From positions 509,009-573,008 of the forward strand of contig OZ246402.1 of the NCBI GenBank assembly GCA_965230975.1: a DNA stretch of 64,000 nucleotides, written 5' to 3'. Under the pieces are notes generated by a model. That model made no database searches, had not been told where the DNA came from, and was given only the letters and a program-made list of their open reading frames with translations. A program made the position numbers and the translations under genes. This DNA comes from an uncultured Candidatus Saccharibacteria bacterium (GTDB taxonomy: Bacteria > Patescibacteriota > Dojkabacteria > J137). Positions 38,490-48,906 of this stretch are shown here, one piece after another (the first letter of the stretch is position 1; each line of letters opens with the position of its first letter).

Positions 38490-39578
38490 ATGCAAAAAGT
38501 ATTAATAGTAGTACCTTATTCTCATCCTTCTAAATGCGGAATTTGGAATAGAGCTTGGTCTGACGCCAAGTTTCTAAAGTCACAAGGTTTTGATGTAACA
38601 ATATTTTCGTCAAATGTTATTAAAGGTACAAAAATGCGTTCCGGCTGCTTTGAAAACTTTGAAGGAATAAATATTAGGAGGTTTAAAGTTCAATTTTCTT
38701 TTGGTGGTACATCAATGTTTTGGTTCTTTCCAAGATGGTTCATTAAGTTAAGTCCAAATATTGTCCATGTACATGGTTATAGACACCCACATAGTTTACA
38801 AGCTTTAATTCTTTCAAAATTATTTAATAAAAAAGTCTTTATAACTACTCACGCTCCGTTCGAAAAAGATAACAGCAGATCTTGGCTATTAAAACTTATA
38901 GATGCTCTGTACGATATTTTTATTGGATGGTGGGAATTAAGGCTTTACAAAAAAGTAATTAGGATTTCAAAATGGGAAGAAAAATATCTAATCAAATTAG
39001 GTGTTAAGAGCAGTATCTATATACCTAATGGAATCTCTCCAATATTCACTGATTCTAAAAATCCAGTATCTGCAAAACCTTTAAACAAAGCAATTTTTAT
39101 GGGACGAATTGACCCTATAAAAAGACTAGAGTGGATAAAATATGCCGCAACAAAATTACCACAAATAAACTTTTTAATAAGAGGCCCTTTAGATGGTTAT
39201 GATACTTTCGATTCTGATACAAGTAACTTGATCATAAATCCAGAAAAATATGAGCATTTAGATTTTAAAAATGAATTGGCAAAAGCAGATCTTTATATTT
39301 TACCAAGCGTTAGAGAGGCTTTGCCTTTTACATTGCTAGAAGCTATGAGCCAGGGTGTAATTGCATTATCAAGTGCAAGCAAAGGTGGAATAGAAGTAAT
39401 TGAAGATGGTGTTAATGGATTTATATTTAATTCAAAAGATGAGTTAGTTAGTAAAATTGAATATATATATGCTAATTGGAATATTACAAAACAAATAAGA
39501 GATAATGCAGAAAAGACATCTCTTGATTATAAACTTGATAAAATTAATGCATTGTTGCAAGATCTATACAGTTTATAA
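38490..39578 (+). CDS. GT4 family glycosyltransferase
   Basis: IPNGI, FMGRIDPIKR, EALPFTLLEAM. Confidence 0.92.
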   Translation: MQKVLIVVPYSHPSKCGIWNRAWSDAKFLKSQGFDVTIFSSNVIKGTKMRSGCFENFEGINIRRFKVQFSFGGTSMFWFFPRWFIKLSPNIVHVHGYRHPHSLQALILSKLFNKKVFITTHAPFEKDNSRSWLLKLIDALYDIFIGWWELRLYKKVIRISKWEEKYLIKLGVKSSIYIPNGISPIFTDSKNPVSAKPLNKAIFMGRIDPIKRLEWIKYAATKLPQINFLIRGPLDGYDTFDSDTSNLIINPEKYEHLDFKNELAKADLYILPSVREALPFTLLEAMSQGVIALSSASKGGIEVIEDGVNGFIFNSKDELVSKIEYIYANWNITKQIRDNAEKTSLDYKLDKINALLQDLYSL

Positions 39579-39658
39579 ATCTACAGTTCAAACCAACTAG
39601 TTTTATAAAAATATGTTTACCTGTTAAAATAGACCTACTAATTTATTAAAAACTTAAT

Positions 39659-40318
39659 ATGAAAATACCTGCATTTGTTTGGATAATAGGTTTCTTTGTT
39701 ATTGGAGGTGGTTTATTAATTTTTTTGAATTCTAATAAAAACAAAGTTAACAGTGATTTAAAAGGTACTTTGCCTGTTCAAATAGAAGTCTATTCTGACT
39801 ATAACTGTCCACACTGCGCTGACTTTTCTCCATTTGTAGACGAAGTTGCATCAACTTTTGCAGATAAAGTTAATATAACTCTTAAACATGCAGCCTTTTT
39901 GGCACCTAGTTCATCTTCTTATGCATATGCCGCAGAAGCAGCTAGGGAACAAGGTAAATTTAATGAGTTTAATCACGCACTATTTGCATGGGTTTCATTT
40001 ACAAGAGATTCTGCTAATACAAACTTTTCATATACAGAAGATGAAAAATCTTTTTATTCGCAAGCAGTGGATGTTACAAAATTGGCAGAAAGATTAGGTT
40101 TAGATTTAGCAAAATTTGACACAGATAGAAAAAGTTCTACAATCGTTAATAGAGTTTTAGATCAAAAGGCTGAGTTAGAAGATAGAATGGGTTCTGTATC
40201 TACACCTGCAGTATTTATTTATGGAGAGCAATTCTCCTTAAGTACATATAATGATTTAAAAACAAAAGTTCAAGAATTAATTACACAAGCAGAATCAAAT
40301 AATAATGAGACTAAATAG
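39659..40318 (+). CDS. DsbA-family thioredoxin-fold oxidoreductase
   Basis: YSDYNCPHC, AAREQGKF, STP cis-Pro loop, N-terminal TM helix. Confidence 0.9.
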   Translation: MKIPAFVWIIGFFVIGGGLLIFLNSNKNKVNSDLKGTLPVQIEVYSDYNCPHCADFSPFVDEVASTFADKVNITLKHAAFLAPSSSSYAYAAEAAREQGKFNEFNHALFAWVSFTRDSANTNFSYTEDEKSFYSQAVDVTKLAERLGLDLAKFDTDRKSSTIVNRVLDQKAELEDRMGSVSTPAVFIYGEQFSLSTYNDLKTKVQELITQAESNNNETK

Positions 40319-41057
40319 ATTTTATACAGAGCGACAAAATTTAAGAATTAATAGTAGTGTAAAGCTACCTGATTCTGATATAGATCATATTAGAAAAGTT
40401 TTAAGGTTACAAAGTGGAGATAAAGTAATAATTTTTAACGGTGTAGAAGAGTACTTGGCAGAGTTAAAACTTGTAACAAGAGAGTTTGTTACTGCAAAAT
40501 TGGTAGAGCTTTTAAAAACTGAAAAGAATAGTACAAAAGAAACTCAGGTTACTATATTTCAAGGTTTATTAAGAGCTGGAAAATTTGATTTAATAATAGA
40601 AAAACTTACAGAAATAGGAATAGATAATATTATTCCGGTAGAATGCGAATTTTCACAAACCAAAAAAGAGAACGCGGCTGCCAAAGTTTCAAGGTGGTCT
40701 AAGGTTGCTTTGGCAGCCGCGAAACAATCTGAAAGAATATCTTTACCATTAGTTTTAGATCCAATTGATTTTAAAGACATCTTAAAAGTTAAAAATGACT
40801 TTGATAAAGTCTTAATGTTTACATTGCCCCGAAATAATATTAAAGAATCTTTAGATGCAATTGAACTTTCAAAAGATGTTATAGGTACTGCCAAAAATGT
40901 AGCAGTTTTAATTGGCCCTGAAGGAGGCTTTTCTCCCACAGAGCACAAAATCGCAACAGAAAATGGTTTTACCTTGGTTAAATCTAGCGATAGTGTTTTA
41001 AGAAGTGAAACTGCTGCGATTGTTTTTTCTGCAATAGTAAAGTTTCTATTAAAATAA
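40305..41057 (+). CDS. rsmE: 16S rRNA m3U1498 methyltransferase
   Basis: HIRKVLR, AAKQSER, IGPEGGFS, VLRSETAA. Confidence 0.96.
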   Translation: MRLNRFYTERQNLRINSSVKLPDSDIDHIRKVLRLQSGDKVIIFNGVEEYLAELKLVTREFVTAKLVELLKTEKNSTKETQVTIFQGLLRAGKFDLIIEKLTEIGIDNIIPVECEFSQTKKENAAAKVSRWSKVALAAAKQSERISLPLVLDPIDFKDILKVKNDFDKVLMFTLPRNNIKESLDAIELSKDVIGTAKNVAVLIGPEGGFSPTEHKIATENGFTLVKSSDSVLRSETAAIVFSAIVKFLLK

Positions 41058-41148
41058 AGTCCCATTTAATGCTGGAAATCTTTTATAAATTCACCTAAAC
41101 TTTACTTAGGCTTATTTACAATATTTGTAAATTATTATCAAAGATTCT

Positions 41149-41595
41149 ATGCATCAAAATAAACAAATTAAAATTCCATTACTTATTGGAGGGCTAGTTT
41201 TAATAATCACTTTGGGTTTTGGCATTGGTGTTGCCTTATCTGTTTCAAAAAATATAAGTACTTTAACGTCTAATACATCTAGCTCTTTATTAAATACTTA
41301 CAAAGATGGGACATATACGGCTAATGGAAGTTATAGAACACCAGGTGGGACAGAAAGCATTGATGTAACTGTTTCGATCAAAAATCAAATAATCACCTCT
41401 GTTCAAGTTTCCGATAAAGCTACAGAAGAAATATCTCAAAAATATAACCAAAAGTTTATTAAGGGTATTAGTGGTGTAGTAGTAGGTAAGTCAATAACTA
41501 CTAATTTCGCTCCAAGAGTTGTTAATGGTGCATCAATAACTATTAATGGCTTTGATAAAGCACTAAGTGCTATTAGAACCCAAGCCTTAAATTAA
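41149..41595 (+). CDS. Extracytoplasmic FMN-binding (flavinylation substrate) protein
   Basis: YKDGTY..GSY.TPGG, VNGAS.T flavinylation-like motif; adjacent to apbE. Confidence 0.75.
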   Translation: MHQNKQIKIPLLIGGLVLIITLGFGIGVALSVSKNISTLTSNTSSSLLNTYKDGTYTANGSYRTPGGTESIDVTVSIKNQIITSVQVSDKATEEISQKYNQKFIKGISGVVVGKSITTNFAPRVVNGASITINGFDKALSAIRTQALN

Positions 41596-42470
41596 TGTTT
41601 AAATTTGATTTTTTTGGAATCGGCACTGGTTGGTTTATAGATATAGATGTAAATGCTACACCTTTACAAATCACAATCTCCAATAAAGTTATAAATATAG
41701 TAAAAGAATTTGAAGATAGCTATTCTCGTTTTAAAGACACCTCTTTAATTGGTAAATTAAATATTGAAAAGTCTTTAAAAAACCCACCTTTAGAACTAAT
41801 TCAAATGATAAAAATGGCCCAAGATTTGAAAGACGTAACTTTAGGGTCCTTTGACATTATGGTAGGTAAACGACTTTCGGATAATGGCTATGATAAAGAA
41901 TTAAGCTTTAAAAACAAAATCTCTAATAATAATCTAAACAAACTGGTTAGTTTTTCAAAAAAGCAGATTGTTTTGCAAGAAAATGGGTTGATGGATTTAG
42001 GTGGAATAGGCAAAGGGTTTTTAATAGACAAGGTCAGTAGTTACTTAACAAGTGAGCAAATTAATAATTTTGTTGTAAATGCTGGTGGGGACATTTTTTG
42101 TAAATCAGAAAACTTTAATAAATTTTATTTAGAAAACCCGTTTGATAATAGCCAGGCCATTGGTGAGATAGACTTAAAAAATGGAGGTATTGCATGTTCA
42201 TCTTCTAGTAAGAGAAGCTGGAAATCCGGCACGCGGCAATTTCACCACCTAATTGATATGAATAGTGGGGAGACAGTTAATGAAATTGCCGCGGTCTTTA
42301 CTTACGGTAAAAATGCACTAAATACAGATTTAGGATCTACAGCAATCTTTGTATCTGATTCTAAATGTTGGTTTAACATTAGCAAGTTTTTAGATATTGA
42401 GTTCTTAGTAGTCTTTAGTGATGGAAAATATTTCCAAACTGAGAATTATCCAGGTAGAATGTACAGGTAG
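41595..42470 (+). CDS. apbE: FAD:protein FMN transferase
   Basis: SRF, MDLGGIGKG, VNAGGD, HHLID. Confidence 0.92.
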   Translation: MFKFDFFGIGTGWFIDIDVNATPLQITISNKVINIVKEFEDSYSRFKDTSLIGKLNIEKSLKNPPLELIQMIKMAQDLKDVTLGSFDIMVGKRLSDNGYDKELSFKNKISNNNLNKLVSFSKKQIVLQENGLMDLGGIGKGFLIDKVSSYLTSEQINNFVVNAGGDIFCKSENFNKFYLENPFDNSQAIGEIDLKNGGIACSSSSKRSWKSGTRQFHHLIDMNSGETVNEIAAVFTYGKNALNTDLGSTAIFVSDSKCWFNISKFLDIEFLVVFSDGKYFQTENYPGRMYR

Positions 42471-42503
42471 AAGCTTTTTTAGTAAATATTATTTTTTTGA
42501 AAT

Positions 42504-43823
42504 ATGCAGAAAGGTAAAACAATTCTTTTAATATTAATGCTAATTAGCATTGTACCCATCTTTTTTGTTGCTTTTAATCTTTTAAATATTGGCGCCTACG
42601 ATGCAGAGGAGATGATTTTGTTTGTTGGTTCGTTCTTTGGTTTAATCGCTTTTATGATTATGTGGTGGCAATATGTGCTTGGCGCAAGATTTAGTGCTAC
42701 TATATTTACAAGAGACTATTTGTGGGTCAATAAAATTCATAAACTTTTGGGCAAGTATGGATTTTTACTGATTTTAGTTCACCCAATTTTAATTTACTTA
42801 GACAGAATTGTTTATGGATTAGGAATCACCCTTCCCAATTTAGCGCTAGATTATGATAGACATGTTTTTTTGGGCCAGCTAACTATTGGCGTTTTAGGCG
42901 GTGTATGGTTAATGAGTGCAATAATTCGAGATAAATTCAGTTATAGATTTTGGAAACGTGTACATTTATTTACTTACCCTCTCTTGTTTTTAATATTTTT
43001 ACATAGCATTGCAATTGGATCTTTCTTGTCTCACTCTACAAGTGCATGGTTTAGTTACTATTGGTATCTGTTATTTATAATCTTCGTATTAATCACGGTT
43101 GGAAGATTATTATTTCAATTTGGAATAATTAAAGCAAAGTATAGAGTGATTGAAGTTAATCAATTAACACATGATACTTTTACATTAAAACTAGAGCCAA
43201 TTAATAATCGTATTGAGCCTCAAAACGGGCAATTTGTGTATATTCAGCATTCGCTTACTGGAGAGTCTCACCCTTATACAGTATCTAAATTTAACCCAAT
43301 AACCGGAGAATTACACATCAGTACAAAAAATTTGGGTAAGTTTAGTTTAGAGCTTCAATCATTAAAAACTGGTGCAATAGTTTATTTAGATGGTCCATAC
43401 GGTGTTTTTACTAAAGAGGCTTATCTAACAAGTTCTCCAATCGTTTTAATTGCTGGTGGTATTGGAATAACTCCATTCGTAAGATTAATAGAGTATTTTG
43501 TTGCTAACCCAGATAAGAATCCTGGAATAACATTATTTTATGGTAATAAAAGTGAAGAAGACATTGCTTTTAAAGAATTAGTAGATACTTTTCAACCAGA
43601 AAAGTTTAAAGTTATTCATGTATTGAGTTTGCAAGAATCAGTTCCAGATGGCTATGAAAAAGGTTTTATTACAGCAAGTTTGGTAAAAGATTATTTAACA
43701 TCACTTGAGTCAAGAAAATTCTTTTTGTGTGGCCCACCGGTAATGGTTGCTAAATTAGTACCCGATTTACTAAATGCGGGTATCTCAAAAGATTCTATAT
43801 ATTCTGAAAAGTTCAGTATGTAG
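42504..43823 (+). CDS. Ferric reductase-like cytochrome b fused to FAD/NAD(P)H-binding FNR domain
   Basis: TM His pairs, HPYTVS, LDGPYG, IAGGIGITPF, CGPP, EKF. Confidence 0.9.
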   Translation: MQKGKTILLILMLISIVPIFFVAFNLLNIGAYDAEEMILFVGSFFGLIAFMIMWWQYVLGARFSATIFTRDYLWVNKIHKLLGKYGFLLILVHPILIYLDRIVYGLGITLPNLALDYDRHVFLGQLTIGVLGGVWLMSAIIRDKFSYRFWKRVHLFTYPLLFLIFLHSIAIGSFLSHSTSAWFSYYWYLLFIIFVLITVGRLLFQFGIIKAKYRVIEVNQLTHDTFTLKLEPINNRIEPQNGQFVYIQHSLTGESHPYTVSKFNPITGELHISTKNLGKFSLELQSLKTGAIVYLDGPYGVFTKEAYLTSSPIVLIAGGIGITPFVRLIEYFVANPDKNPGITLFYGNKSEEDIAFKELVDTFQPEKFKVIHVLSLQESVPDGYEKGFITASLVKDYLTSLESRKFFLCGPPVMVAKLVPDLLNAGISKDSIYSEKFSM

Positions 43824-43926
43824 TTAAGAATTTTATATAATTATTTAATTAATTTGCCAGAGAATTTTTGATTTGTATATCAACAATTGTAACGTAATTA
43901 TAACTTTTTAAATATCTAAAAGGTAC

Positions 43927-44661
43927 CTAGTTATAATCCTGTTTTGAAAGTATTAAATAGAGTTCTTCAACTCCATCTATTTTTTTAGTTATACAATCTA
44001 ACCTATTTAACTTTGCGAGTTTATTGATTTCATCTAAACTCCAATATCTTTGTTTTATATAACTTGTTTGTGTATCTTTTAAAATACCATTTTTAAAAAA
44101 TGATATTGTTTCTTTAGATATTGAAGTGTTTGTTCTTTTGTTATATTTAAATGTTTTCCATTCGCCTTCAAGGCTATTATTGTTGAAAGACTGCATTGTT
44201 TTAAAGTTGAATTCGGAAGGGTTAACTTTTTTAGAATCATCAATATTAATTAGTATTTTCCCATTTGTTTTTAATAATTTGCTAAGTATTTTTAGTAACC
44301 TAATCGCATCTTTTTTTGTAACAGCAATTTCGTTAAAAGTATTCCACATTAAAATTATTAAATCATACTTTTGTTTGGTTTTAAATGTATAAATATTCTT
44401 GTTGATTACGTAAATGTTATGATTGCCATTATTTAGTTCACGTAACATTCCGTGAGACGAGTCTACTAGTGTTACTTTAAAACCAAGCTGGGCAAGTATT
44501 TTTGCGTGTCTTCCAGTTCCTCCACCTACATCTAAAATCTTAGAATTTGGCTTAGTAATGAAATTAATTAAAGATACTTCTGATTCCGTAAGTTCTTTAG
44601 GTCTTAATGCTGAGTATAGTTGGTTATAATATTTTGAGGTAGCTTCGTTTGAATTAATCAT
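43927..44661 (-). CDS. Class I SAM-dependent methyltransferase
   Basis: ILDVGGGTGRH, VDSS, YDLII, LKTNG. Confidence 0.88.
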   Translation of the reverse strand: MINSNEATSKYYNQLYSALRPKELTESEVSLINFITKPNSKILDVGGGTGRHAKILAQLGFKVTLVDSSHGMLRELNNGNHNIYVINKNIYTFKTKQKYDLIILMWNTFNEIAVTKKDAIRLLKILSKLLKTNGKILINIDDSKKVNPSEFNFKTMQSFNNNSLEGEWKTFKYNKRTNTSISKETISFFKNGILKDTQTSYIKQRYWSLDEINKLAKLNRLDCITKKIDGVEELYLILSKQDYN

Positions 44662-44681
44662 ATTAGTTAAATAACAAAATA

Positions 44682-45782
44682 CTAATCTTCAAACATCTCA
44701 CTTGCAGGAAAGTAATTAATTTCAGAAATATAATTGGCATTTGCAAAAATCATAGCAACTCTATCTAGTCCCATTCCAATGCCTGCAACTTCAGGCATTC
44801 CCGACTTTAAAGCATTAACCAAATCATGGTCAAATGCAATCTCTTTTAGTCCTAATTCTTTCCGTGCTTGTTGTTCTATTAAAAATCTTTTCTCTTGTTC
44901 TTCTCCATCAAGTAATTCTGTGTATCCATTTGCAACCTCTTTGCCTGCAATGTATAGTTCTACTTTTTCACAAACAAGTGGGTTTTCGGTATTCTCTTTA
45001 GTAAGAGGGCACATTATTTTTGGATAGTTGTAAATAAATACAGGTTTATCTTGTGGAATTGTATCTTCAATTTCACTTGTAAATAGTAATTCAAAAATGA
45101 GTTGCCAATCATCTTGCTCTGAAACGTTATAACCTCTGTTTTTTGCAAATGCCAGTAAGTTTCTGTAATCATAAATTTCTGAAAGTTCAACTCCTAAAAC
45201 TTCTTTTACTTTGTCTGGAATTGATATTCTGTACCACCCTTTATTAAAGTCTATTTCCTGGTTTTTGTATTTTAGTTTTAATTGGCATTGGTGTGAGTCA
45301 ATCTCTTCAAAAGATAATTTAGATAGTTCACTTAAAGACTTTGTTTTTGCTAAGTCTAAAAATTTCAAAATGAAGATAATTAAGTTTTCGCAGTCATCCA
45401 TTAGCCATTTATAATTTTCTCCTAATTCGTACCACTCCATCATTGTAAATTCTGGAGAATGGTTAGGGCTTATTTCTTCTAACCCTCTAACAACTTTCGT
45501 TATTACAAAGTGGTTTCCTAAGCCTGCAGCTAAGATCTTTTTATTAAATGTTTCTGTGGTTGGTACTATATATCCTTTTAAAGTTTTATTTCTTAGTTCT
45601 ATATTTGTTTCTAAAACATCTAAATATCTTTCTTGAGGCAGGGCAGAGGTTATTATTGGGCTTTCTAATTCGTGATAGTTTTTGTGTTCAAAATATTTTC
45701 GGCATGCTTTAATTATGTATTCTTTTACATAATATCTTGGGAATAATGAGGGGTCTTTTTTTAAAAGTTGCCAGGTTTTCAT
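44682..45782 (-). CDS. epmA: EF-P lysine aminoacylase EpmA/GenX (LysRS catalytic domain only)
   Basis: HSPEFTMMEWY, EVANGYTEL, GMP..AGIGMGLDR; no anticodon domain; directly downstream of efp. Confidence 0.85.
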   Translation of the reverse strand: MKTWQLLKKDPSLFPRYYVKEYIIKACRKYFEHKNYHELESPIITSALPQERYLDVLETNIELRNKTLKGYIVPTTETFNKKILAAGLGNHFVITKVVRGLEEISPNHSPEFTMMEWYELGENYKWLMDDCENLIIFILKFLDLAKTKSLSELSKLSFEEIDSHQCQLKLKYKNQEIDFNKGWYRISIPDKVKEVLGVELSEIYDYRNLLAFAKNRGYNVSEQDDWQLIFELLFTSEIEDTIPQDKPVFIYNYPKIMCPLTKENTENPLVCEKVELYIAGKEVANGYTELLDGEEQEKRFLIEQQARKELGLKEIAFDHDLVNALKSGMPEVAGIGMGLDRVAMIFANANYISEINYFPASEMFED

Positions 45783-45792
45783 GGTTTTAAAT

Positions 45793-45817
45793 TAAAAAGG
45801 CTGGTGTTACCCAGCCG
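45793..45817 (-). terminator. Intrinsic terminator after efp
   Basis: Minus strand GGCTGG-gtaaca-CCAGCC-TTTT. Confidence 0.75.
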
Positions 45818-45825
45818 ATTCAAAA

Positions 45826-46383
45826 TTATGCTTTAGAAAAGTATGTTCCAGTTTCTGTATTTATAATGATCTTTTCTCCTTTTTTAATAAACAATGGCAC
45901 TTGTACTTTTAATCCTGTTTCTAATGTTGCTTCTTTTGATGCGTTTGTTGCTGTGTCTCCTTTTACTGCATCAAATGTGTCTGTAATTTGTAATGTAATT
46001 TTTTGTGGTAATTGTACGTAAATCACTTCTCCATTGTAAAAAGACATTATGTATTTTGATTCTGTGTGTAGGTAATCTGTTCCACCTGGGATTGTGTCTA
46101 ATGGTAAAGAGATTTGTTCGTATGTTTCTTGATCCATAAAGTATGCATCATTTCCATCTACATAAACATATTGCATAGATCTTGTTTCTACATCTAATTC
46201 TTCTACCTTTTCACCAGATTTAAATACGGCTTCAAAGAATTTTCCAGTTTTGATATTTTTTAATCTACATCTGTTAAAAGCAGAACCTTTTCCCATTGCT
46301 TTAAATTCTTTTTCTACTAATATGTGAGGTTCGTTGTTGTATTCAATTATCATTCCTCTGTATAGTTCTGTTGTACCTGCCAT
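45826..46383 (-). CDS. efp: Elongation factor P
   Basis: GKGSAF loop, FMDQETYEQI, KGDTA, K.ATLETG, VPLFI. Confidence 0.97.
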   Translation of the reverse strand: MAGTTELYRGMIIEYNNEPHILVEKEFKAMGKGSAFNRCRLKNIKTGKFFEAVFKSGEKVEELDVETRSMQYVYVDGNDAYFMDQETYEQISLPLDTIPGGTDYLHTESKYIMSFYNGEVIYVQLPQKITLQITDTFDAVKGDTATNASKEATLETGLKVQVPLFIKKGEKIIINTETGTYFSKA

Positions 46384-46560
46384 TTAATTTAATTAATATT
46401 TAATATTGCCTTGGCAAGCTGTAAATACAAACCTTTGGTTAGATTGTAGTATTTACTGTCTGCCAAATAGGGCTTTGGAATTATAGCAAATTAAATGCTT
46501 CTAATCTATTGTATCTTAAAGAGATCCGGTTATTTATGTTCTCAAATTTACTTATTTATT

Positions 46561-48822
46561 TTAAGTGTTTTGTGGCGCTATTGCCGTTTCTATTACTTTG
46601 TGTAAGGGTAGTTTTACTGTAAAGGTTGATCCTTGGCCAACTTCACTTTTTATATCTATTGTTCCTTTCATCATTCTTATTAAATTGAAGACTACATATA
46701 ATCCTATTCCTGTGCCACCCGGTCTTATTATGTTTAGTTTTTCGTCATTATCTTGTAAATATGGGTTTACTCTAAAGAACTTTTTACCAAGGTTTGGTAT
46801 TGCTTCTGCAGGGATTCCCTCTCCTGTATCAGATATTGCTATTATTCCAAAGTTATCGTCTTTTGTTAGAGTTATTTTTATCTCTCCTTTTTGGGTGTAC
46901 TTTATAGCATTACTTACTAGGTTATCTATTATTTCTTGTACTTGATCTCTTCCTCCTGTTACAAATAGCTCTTCTGCTGGAACTTCAGCGTAGAGTTTTA
47001 GACCTTTTTTTTCTGCTTCTGAGTCATTTCCATCGATTGCATCGTTTATTGCATCTTTTATGTCAACTTTTTCAAATATTATTTGTAGTCTGTTGTTTTC
47101 TATTCTGGTAGAAGAGAGCACTGTTTCCAATATTTTTACTTCTCGTCTTATGTTTTCTGTAGCTTTTTCTAGCAGATGAGTAAGTTGTGTTTGTGTTTCT
47201 GTCTCATGGATTTTTGCCATAGATGCTTGCATCATTAAGATAGCGTTTCTTGCTATGCTTAAAGGAGTTCTAAGCTCATGACCTAAAATATCCATCATAT
47301 CCTTTTCCCGACGAAGTTGCTCTTGAAGCTGGGTGTTCTTTTCTTGAAGCTGCTTGGTGGCTAGCTCGACTTCAGTTTTAAGTTTCTGATTAAATTCTTG
47401 AACTTGCTCATATAATTTTGACCGAGCAAAGGCAACTCCAGTTATTTGTGTTATGCTGCTAATAAAGTCTAATTGAGTACTGTTATAAGGATAACGAGAC
47501 GATCTCTCTCCTATAACTAGGACCCCAATCAGTTCATGGGGGTCTAGTATTGGAATTATAAGCTTTATTGAATGTAATTCCATAATGCTCATTAATCCAA
47601 TAATAAATTCTGATTCTGTTTTGAAGTAATTTGGTATCTCAATATTTAGCTGGTCTAGGTCTATGATTTTAAAAAAAGTTTTTCTCCAAAAATCTATAAT
47701 TTCTTCGATTGGTATGTTCTTTAGATCTATTGCTTTGGTATTTAGAATTTCTTGTAATTTCTCATTATAATTAGATTTGTAGTAGATTACTGTAAAGTTA
47801 GGTCTTATAGTCTTATTCAAGATATACTCTAATCTAGAGGCTATTTCATCTGAGTCTAGCTTGGTACTTATTGTTATATTGTATTCTGCTATTTCTTCTG
47901 TAGGGTCATAGCCTGGATTGATAATACGGGTTGTTACATTTTTTTGTAGGTTTTTCTTAAACCAGTCATAGAAAGTTAAGAATCCAAAGGCAACCGGTAT
48001 CCCAGTTAAAAGTGCGTTTATGCTTGTTGCATTACCCCATAGGAGAATATCAATATAATATGAAAAGTAGAATGCAACAATGATTATAGCTGTTAGTAAT
48101 GAAAAATAAGCTAGTCTTCCTATTACGATACGTGCTTCAAACAATCTATACCCTAAAATCCCATATGTTATAGCTACATTGATCGGTATGCTAGTATAAA
48201 TACCCAGATATGAATACTTCGAATTGCCTACAACCAAAGGAATTACAACATTTGTAAAAAGTGCCGAGAAGATTGTTAGTATTATACCTAAATAAATTAT
48301 ATTAATTGAATTTTTTGATTTTGAAGAAGCTTCTTTTCTATGTCCAGAGATGTTTTTTAGGATAAGCAAGGTATTGATTATTATATAAAGAATTACTAGT
48401 ATATAACCTGGACCATAAAATATTTTTCTTATTGTAACGTCAATATTTTCTACCACTAGATTAGTACCTATACTAATCAAGCTAAGAATTAAGCCACATA
48501 CAAGATTAACTCCAATAAGCCATAACTTTATTTGTTGGTGTTTTCTTATATCTTCATGCCTGAAAGCATAAGTGAAACAGTACAGATTTCCAATAAGTAA
48601 TGGTGCTGCAACCCAAATAAATCTAGAGGATATATAGGCAGTAGATATGTTACTCGTGGAAGTGAAGCTGTAAAGACTTATTACCCAAACAATACTTGTA
48701 ATTATTAGAAAAGTGAAGAAAAGCCCGCTTAAACGTTTATTTACTAGAAAGTGCCTTGCGGATATAAATATAAAACTGAGAAAAAGCGCAATAATTAAAT
48801 ACAATGCTATCTCGAGTAACAT
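46561..48822 (-). CDS. Membrane sensor histidine kinase (HisKA_7TM-like + GAF-like + HisKA/HATPase)
   Basis: HELRTPL, NLVSNAIKYT, DTGEGI, GGTGIGL; many N-terminal TM helices. Confidence 0.92.
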   Translation of the reverse strand: MLLEIALYLIIALFLSFIFISARHFLVNKRLSGLFFTFLIITSIVWVISLYSFTSTSNISTAYISSRFIWVAAPLLIGNLYCFTYAFRHEDIRKHQQIKLWLIGVNLVCGLILSLISIGTNLVVENIDVTIRKIFYGPGYILVILYIIINTLLILKNISGHRKEASSKSKNSINIIYLGIILTIFSALFTNVVIPLVVGNSKYSYLGIYTSIPINVAITYGILGYRLFEARIVIGRLAYFSLLTAIIIVAFYFSYYIDILLWGNATSINALLTGIPVAFGFLTFYDWFKKNLQKNVTTRIINPGYDPTEEIAEYNITISTKLDSDEIASRLEYILNKTIRPNFTVIYYKSNYNEKLQEILNTKAIDLKNIPIEEIIDFWRKTFFKIIDLDQLNIEIPNYFKTESEFIIGLMSIMELHSIKLIIPILDPHELIGVLVIGERSSRYPYNSTQLDFISSITQITGVAFARSKLYEQVQEFNQKLKTEVELATKQLQEKNTQLQEQLRREKDMMDILGHELRTPLSIARNAILMMQASMAKIHETETQTQLTHLLEKATENIRREVKILETVLSSTRIENNRLQIIFEKVDIKDAINDAIDGNDSEAEKKGLKLYAEVPAEELFVTGGRDQVQEIIDNLVSNAIKYTQKGEIKITLTKDDNFGIIAISDTGEGIPAEAIPNLGKKFFRVNPYLQDNDEKLNIIRPGGTGIGLYVVFNLIRMMKGTIDIKSEVGQGSTFTVKLPLHKVIETAIAPQNT

Positions 48823-48906
48823 GATTTAGTACTAAAAGATTGTAATAGAATTCTACAAGAAATATTGAATTTAAGGAAGTATATTCTATAATTTCCTTAA
48901 TCAAAG

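Noticed and set aside
43823-43927. Replication terminus at the switch to mostly minus-strand genes
   Set aside because: No dif-like site here, and upstream genes are of mixed orientation. It cannot be supported without genome-wide skew.
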